A stretch of 63,439 nucleotides of DNA from a virus. Where the stretch lies: positions 1 to 63,439 of IMG/VR virus record IMGVR_UViG_3300045988_126429. One strand, 5' to 3'. The position numbers were made by a program, and so were the translations under genes. The notes below the pieces were generated by a model. That model did not search any database. It was not told the origin of the DNA and saw only the letters and a list, made by a program, of their open reading frames with translations. Below, piece after piece: positions 60,475 to 63,439 of the stretch (within the stretch, counting starts at the first letter, position 1; the number at the start of each line of letters is the position of its first letter).

Positions 60475-60823
60475 TACTCTTACACCCCACAATCTTTCTG
60501 CCGCACCAGCAGCAGTACGACTGCCCAAAATTTTCAAACGTACCACCGCACTTTTTGCAGCGATACATCGGGAACGCCTCTTGATAGTATCCCATATACG
60601 TCGCCACTGCTTTATTGTCAAGCTCATGCTTTAAAGCTGTTAATACAACCTTTTTCTTTTTTATCCGGGAGATAACCCATTTTTTATCGTTATCTGTCAA
60701 ACGGCCACGTTGAAGCGCAAACTTCGACTTCGAGATTGTCCCTTTAGTCTCCAAAATTTGTTCACGTAACATCTTTTCGCGTTCCGGCAGGCTATCCCAC
60801 CATTGTTTACGTTCTGGAGTCAT
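60467..60823 (-). CDS. zinc-ribbon protein
   Basis: YRCKKCGGTF...CCWCG. Confidence 0.5.
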   Translation of the reverse strand: MTPERKQWWDSLPEREKMLREQILETKGTISKSKFALQRGRLTDNDKKWVISRIKKKKVVLTALKHELDNKAVATYMGYYQEAFPMYRCKKCGGTFENFGQSYCCWCGRKIVGCKSNE

Positions 60824-60837
60824 TACCTCTTCCTCCT

Positions 60838-61071
60838 TTAGTCAATTTCTTCAGCTTCGGTATATTCAATTTCCTCGTCACAGTTAATGCTAACAGTAGC
60901 AGAATCGGTGTCACACACGCCAATTATCTTATCAGTGCCACCATTGCCAACAAAAGCCATTACCGAGGAACATTCATTGTAAGCTCTTTCAATAGCATCT
61001 TCCTTATCTTCCGCTTCCAATTCTACTCGCACCCATGTCGATACTTTTCCATAAACCGCATATTTTTTCAT
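60838..61071 (-). CDS. hypothetical acidic protein
   Basis: 77-aa ORF. Confidence 0.5.
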   Translation of the reverse strand: MKKYAVYGKVSTWVRVELEAEDKEDAIERAYNECSSVMAFVGNGGTDKIIGVCDTDSATVSINCDEEIEYTEAEEID

Positions 61072-61138
61072 TCACTCTTCCTCCGCAACCAGAATTATAC
61101 TTTTGCTCATTGCTACTACCTCCGCTTTCTTTCAACTT

Positions 61139-61306
61139 TTATCTCAAATTAATAACCACTTCCTTGCATTGACGTTCTTCAATACACTGGTCGTTAATGA
61201 TCCAGCATTCATCTTCTTTACCATTTCCGTCATAGCATTTGACTGTTATTTCCATTCCTTCGCAGTCATGTTTGACTGCCCATTTATAAAACTCTTCGAC
61301 GGTCAT
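61139..61306 (-). CDS. 55-aa paralogue family member
   Basis: MTVEEFYKWAVKHDCEGMEITVKCYDGNGKED... after AAAGAGGTGA. Confidence 0.5.
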   Translation of the reverse strand: MTVEEFYKWAVKHDCEGMEITVKCYDGNGKEDECWIINDQCIEERQCKEVVINLR

Positions 61307-61311
61307 TATTA

Positions 61312-61785
61312 TCACCTCTTTATTTTTACAAAAAACGTCCAACGTGTTTTTCCTTGCTTATCTCCGGCAAGCGGAAGATAAGGTAACGCACACCTCAGCA
61401 CATCCTTATGCGGAATGTCCTCATCGCTCCATTTAAACAGCAACATCCCACCAGGTTTAAGCACTCTAAAGCACTCAGAAAACGCTTTTGTCATCCACTC
61501 TTCCCATAGCACCGGAAGTTGCCCATACTTCTGTGCCAACCAGCTGCTCTCGCCAACTTTTACCAGGTGCGGCGGGTCAAAAATGATGTAGCTGAATGCT
61601 TCATCTGCTATATTCTCCATGTTGGTTACATCAATTATCTTGTCTGGCTGAATATGTAATTCTCTTCCGTCGCAGAGCTTTGTATGCAGCTCTCGTATGT
61701 CACAAAACATAACAGCGTCGCTCTCTTTGCCATGGAAGAACATCTTGCTTCCACAGCATGGGTCTAAGATAAACGGCTTATCCAT
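61312..61785 (-). CDS. small SAM-dependent DNA methyltransferase (N6A/N4C type)
   Basis: Start MDKPF after AAGGAGG; motif I ILDPCCGS, motif IV IIFDPPH. Confidence 0.6.
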   Translation of the reverse strand: MDKPFILDPCCGSKMFFHGKESDAVMFCDIRELHTKLCDGRELHIQPDKIIDVTNMENIADEAFSYIIFDPPHLVKVGESSWLAQKYGQLPVLWEEWMTKAFSECFRVLKPGGMLLFKWSDEDIPHKDVLRCALPYLPLAGDKQGKTRWTFFVKIKR

Positions 61786-62005
61786 TATTGCCTCCTTGCG
61801 CTGCATTGATTTTTTTAGCAAGCTCATCCATAGCTTTCTCTGCTTCTTCATAATCGCTACATTCTTTATAACCGAATTCTTCTCCGTTTTTCATGCTTAC
61901 GAGGATTGTATAATAGCAGCGACTCATACCTTTGCACAGCGCCACTCTTAAGCCAACAACATTGCTCATATCTTGCCACGTGCCATTCTTAAGCTTAATT
62001 AACAT
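61778..62005 (-). CDS. hypothetical protein
   Basis: 75-aa ORF. Confidence 0.5.
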   Translation of the reverse strand: MLIKLKNGTWQDMSNVVGLRVALCKGMSRCYYTILVSMKNGEEFGYKECSDYEEAEKAMDELAKKINAAQGGNNG

Positions 62006-62229
62006 TCCTTTCGCTCTTCCTCCTTGCGTCCGCCGACATTCTCCAGCTCATCACCGATACGCTTAATGGTTCTGCCCAGGATTTTACACATTTTCTTCAA
62101 CCACTGAACGCTATGCCCTTCAAGCACCTTGTCCATTTCTTCGTCGGTCAAGTCCGAGAAGCAAACGCTTTCCCAACGATTGTTACGTTTAACTCTAAAA
62201 TAAATTCCGTCTAAATCTCTATTTACCAT
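61999..62229 (-). CDS. hypothetical protein
   Basis: 76-aa ORF. Confidence 0.5.
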   Translation of the reverse strand: MVNRDLDGIYFRVKRNNRWESVCFSDLTDEEMDKVLEGHSVQWLKKMCKILGRTIKRIGDELENVGGRKEEERKEC

Positions 62230-62353
62230 ATTTTTTCCTCATTTCCATACGCACTTCATAGTCTACAACGCTCACCCGGAACAGCTCACGTGCTTTACGC
62301 AAGCAGTAACGATAATATTTCAGCTTCTGCTGTCTTCGCTTTACCACAGCCAT
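62219..62353 (-). CDS. 44-aa basic peptide (below the ORF-track cutoff)
   Basis: MAVVKRRQQKLKYYRYCLRKARELF...; overlaps both neighbours in the chained-ORF style of this region. Confidence 0.35.
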   Translation of the reverse strand: MAVVKRRQQKLKYYRYCLRKARELFRVSVVDYEVRMEMRKKYGK

Positions 62354-62460
62354 ATTAACCACCCAATCGCAGCACCTAACAGAGCACCAAACATAGCAGG
62401 TATGCCGATGATTAGTATAACCGTGATCATGTCGATGATTACATTTAGCAATTTACTCAT
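62341..62460 (-). CDS. 39-aa single-TM peptide (below the ORF-track cutoff)
   Basis: MSKLLNVIIDMITVILIIGIPAMFGALLGAAIGWLIWLW*; its ATG overlaps the upstream stop. Confidence 0.4.
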   Translation of the reverse strand: MSKLLNVIIDMITVILIIGIPAMFGALLGAAIGWLIWLW

Positions 62461-62869
62461 TTGCATTACCTCTGTTTGGATTCTGTTTCCAGCCACCTAC
62501 AGGACGATACAGATGTAAAACATCGTATATCCCGCCTACGCCGTGTAAATACTCGCTTTCTTTTGGGTGAATCTGATGAACTTCTTCTTCCGGTAGCCAG
62601 AACACGTCTTTAACCTGGCACATAACCTCCCATGAAGGTGTTTTATTCGTCGTGCCGCAAAATTTCACGCTCACGTGCTCCCATTGGTTGCCGTCCTGAT
62701 CAGGCTCAACGCCTACAACACACTGCAAGCTCTTTTTGATTCCTGGCAGATGCAGGAAGCCTATTAACACCAAGCCTTCAAAAGCAAAATCATTTTTCTT
62801 GTCGGCTTGAAACTTTTCATTTGCCAAAATCTCATTAACACTTCTCATCTTAATCTCCTTGCTCCGCAC
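62453..62869 (-). CDS. conserved phage protein of unknown function
   Basis: WEHVSVKF...TPSWEVMCQVKDVFWLPEEEVHQIHPKESEY...LHLYRP pattern seen in many phages. Confidence 0.6.
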   Translation of the reverse strand: MRSKEIKMRSVNEILANEKFQADKKNDFAFEGLVLIGFLHLPGIKKSLQCVVGVEPDQDGNQWEHVSVKFCGTTNKTPSWEVMCQVKDVFWLPEEEVHQIHPKESEYLHGVGGIYDVLHLYRPVGGWKQNPNRGNANE

Positions 62870-63315
62870 AGTTGCGGATTATTACTGCACTGTTTACATT
62901 CCTTATCGCACTCCCAGCAGCATACGTGGCAAACCTCGCTTCTTACGCAGCCGGGGAACGGAAAAGGGCAAACATATTTATTTTTCAGCTTTTTCGTGAT
63001 TATCGGCTCTGTATCTTTCAAAAAATTTTCGGCAGGCTTTTGAGATATAGCCTTACTTTTGTTAGTTGCCTGCCTTCTAGTTTGCGCAAGGCTCATGATT
63101 TTGTGCTTGCACTCCTTGCCACCGCAGCTCATTCCTTGCCGCCGGGCTAGGTTAGATACATCTCTGTAACATTCAGTGCCACATTCGCAAAGGCATTTTG
63201 CAACCGAAACCTTCTTTTTAGGTCTGATGCTGATAACGCCTGGAGGATAAATTTCAAGCACTGTCAGCATACCTATTTTCTGCCCTAGCAGATAGCTCCA
63301 ATCCTTATTCTGCAT
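62845..63315 (-). CDS. Cys-rich zinc-binding protein (LTVL...CxCxCG...SCGG motif family)
   Basis: Start MQNKDW after GAAAGGAAGTCGG; LLGQKIGMLTVLE...CLCECGTE...GMSCGG plus a C-terminal Cys cluster. Confidence 0.6.
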   Translation of the reverse strand: MQNKDWSYLLGQKIGMLTVLEIYPPGVISIRPKKKVSVAKCLCECGTECYRDVSNLARRQGMSCGGKECKHKIMSLAQTRRQATNKSKAISQKPAENFLKDTEPIITKKLKNKYVCPFPFPGCVRSEVCHVCCWECDKECKQCSNNPQLCGARRLR

Positions 63316-63384
63316 TAAACCGACTTCCTTTCGCTTTACTTTAACCAAACTGTTCCATAGCACGATGAGCATCTAAACGCCCAT

Positions 63385-63439
63385 TTTACAGCACCTTTTC
63401 TGTCTACAATTTTTGCGCCGTAGACAAGCTTTATTTTTT
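63385..63439. repeat. 55-nt terminal overlap, identical to 1..55
   Basis: Exact repeat of the first 55 nt of the window. Confidence 0.95.

Overview
This window is a complete, circularly closed genome of a temperate tailed phage. Its first 55 nt repeat exactly as its last 55 nt, leaving about 63,384 bp of unique sequence. Expression signals are Firmicutes-style: AGGAGG-type RBSs, TTGACA/TATAAT-type promoters and hairpin plus U-tract terminators. Almost every gene lies on the minus strand.

Reading the minus strand from the lysogeny switch:
- Cro-like gene at 5930, then a replication/recombination module (ERF, replisome organizer with an embedded iteron origin, DnaC-like loader, SSB, RecU), running 5930 down to 113.
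- Across the circular junction, a long early region of small ORFs (63315 down to 45700). It includes a small DNA methyltransferase, dUTPase, RadC, a ribosomal protein bS6 homologue and many zinc-ribbon proteins.
- A 7-deazaguanine (preQ0) DNA-modification cluster, folE-queE-queD-queC-dpdA plus a ParB-like gene (45296 down to 41719).
- Terminase, portal, MuF-like protein, scaffold, capsid and neck genes.
- A contractile tail: sheath, tube, chaperone with a -1 frameshift, tape measure, and baseplate V/W/J/I-like proteins.
- An unusually complex tail-fibre block (23242 down to 15652), then a lysis cassette (15323 down to 12828).
- An accessory island with its own promoters and terminators (12551 down to 9435), then the attP region.

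The plus strand carries only the CI-like repressor, a lipoprotein and a tyrosine integrase (6120..8974). I saw no tRNA, rRNA or CRISPR array.

The most unusual feature is a radical-SAM/SPASM gene sitting inside a glycine-rich tail-fibre gene. It is bracketed by an in-frame 11-bp direct repeat and preceded by a 63-aa glycine-rich ORF. Other notable features are a twice-repeated two-hairpin RNA element with compensatory changes, three apparent frame breaks (two in fibre genes, one in a zinc-ribbon gene), a face-to-face promoter switch, repeated early promoter cassettes, and a sigma-like, Q-rich, C1q-like accessory island.

All functional calls come from motif recognition by eye. No database search was run.
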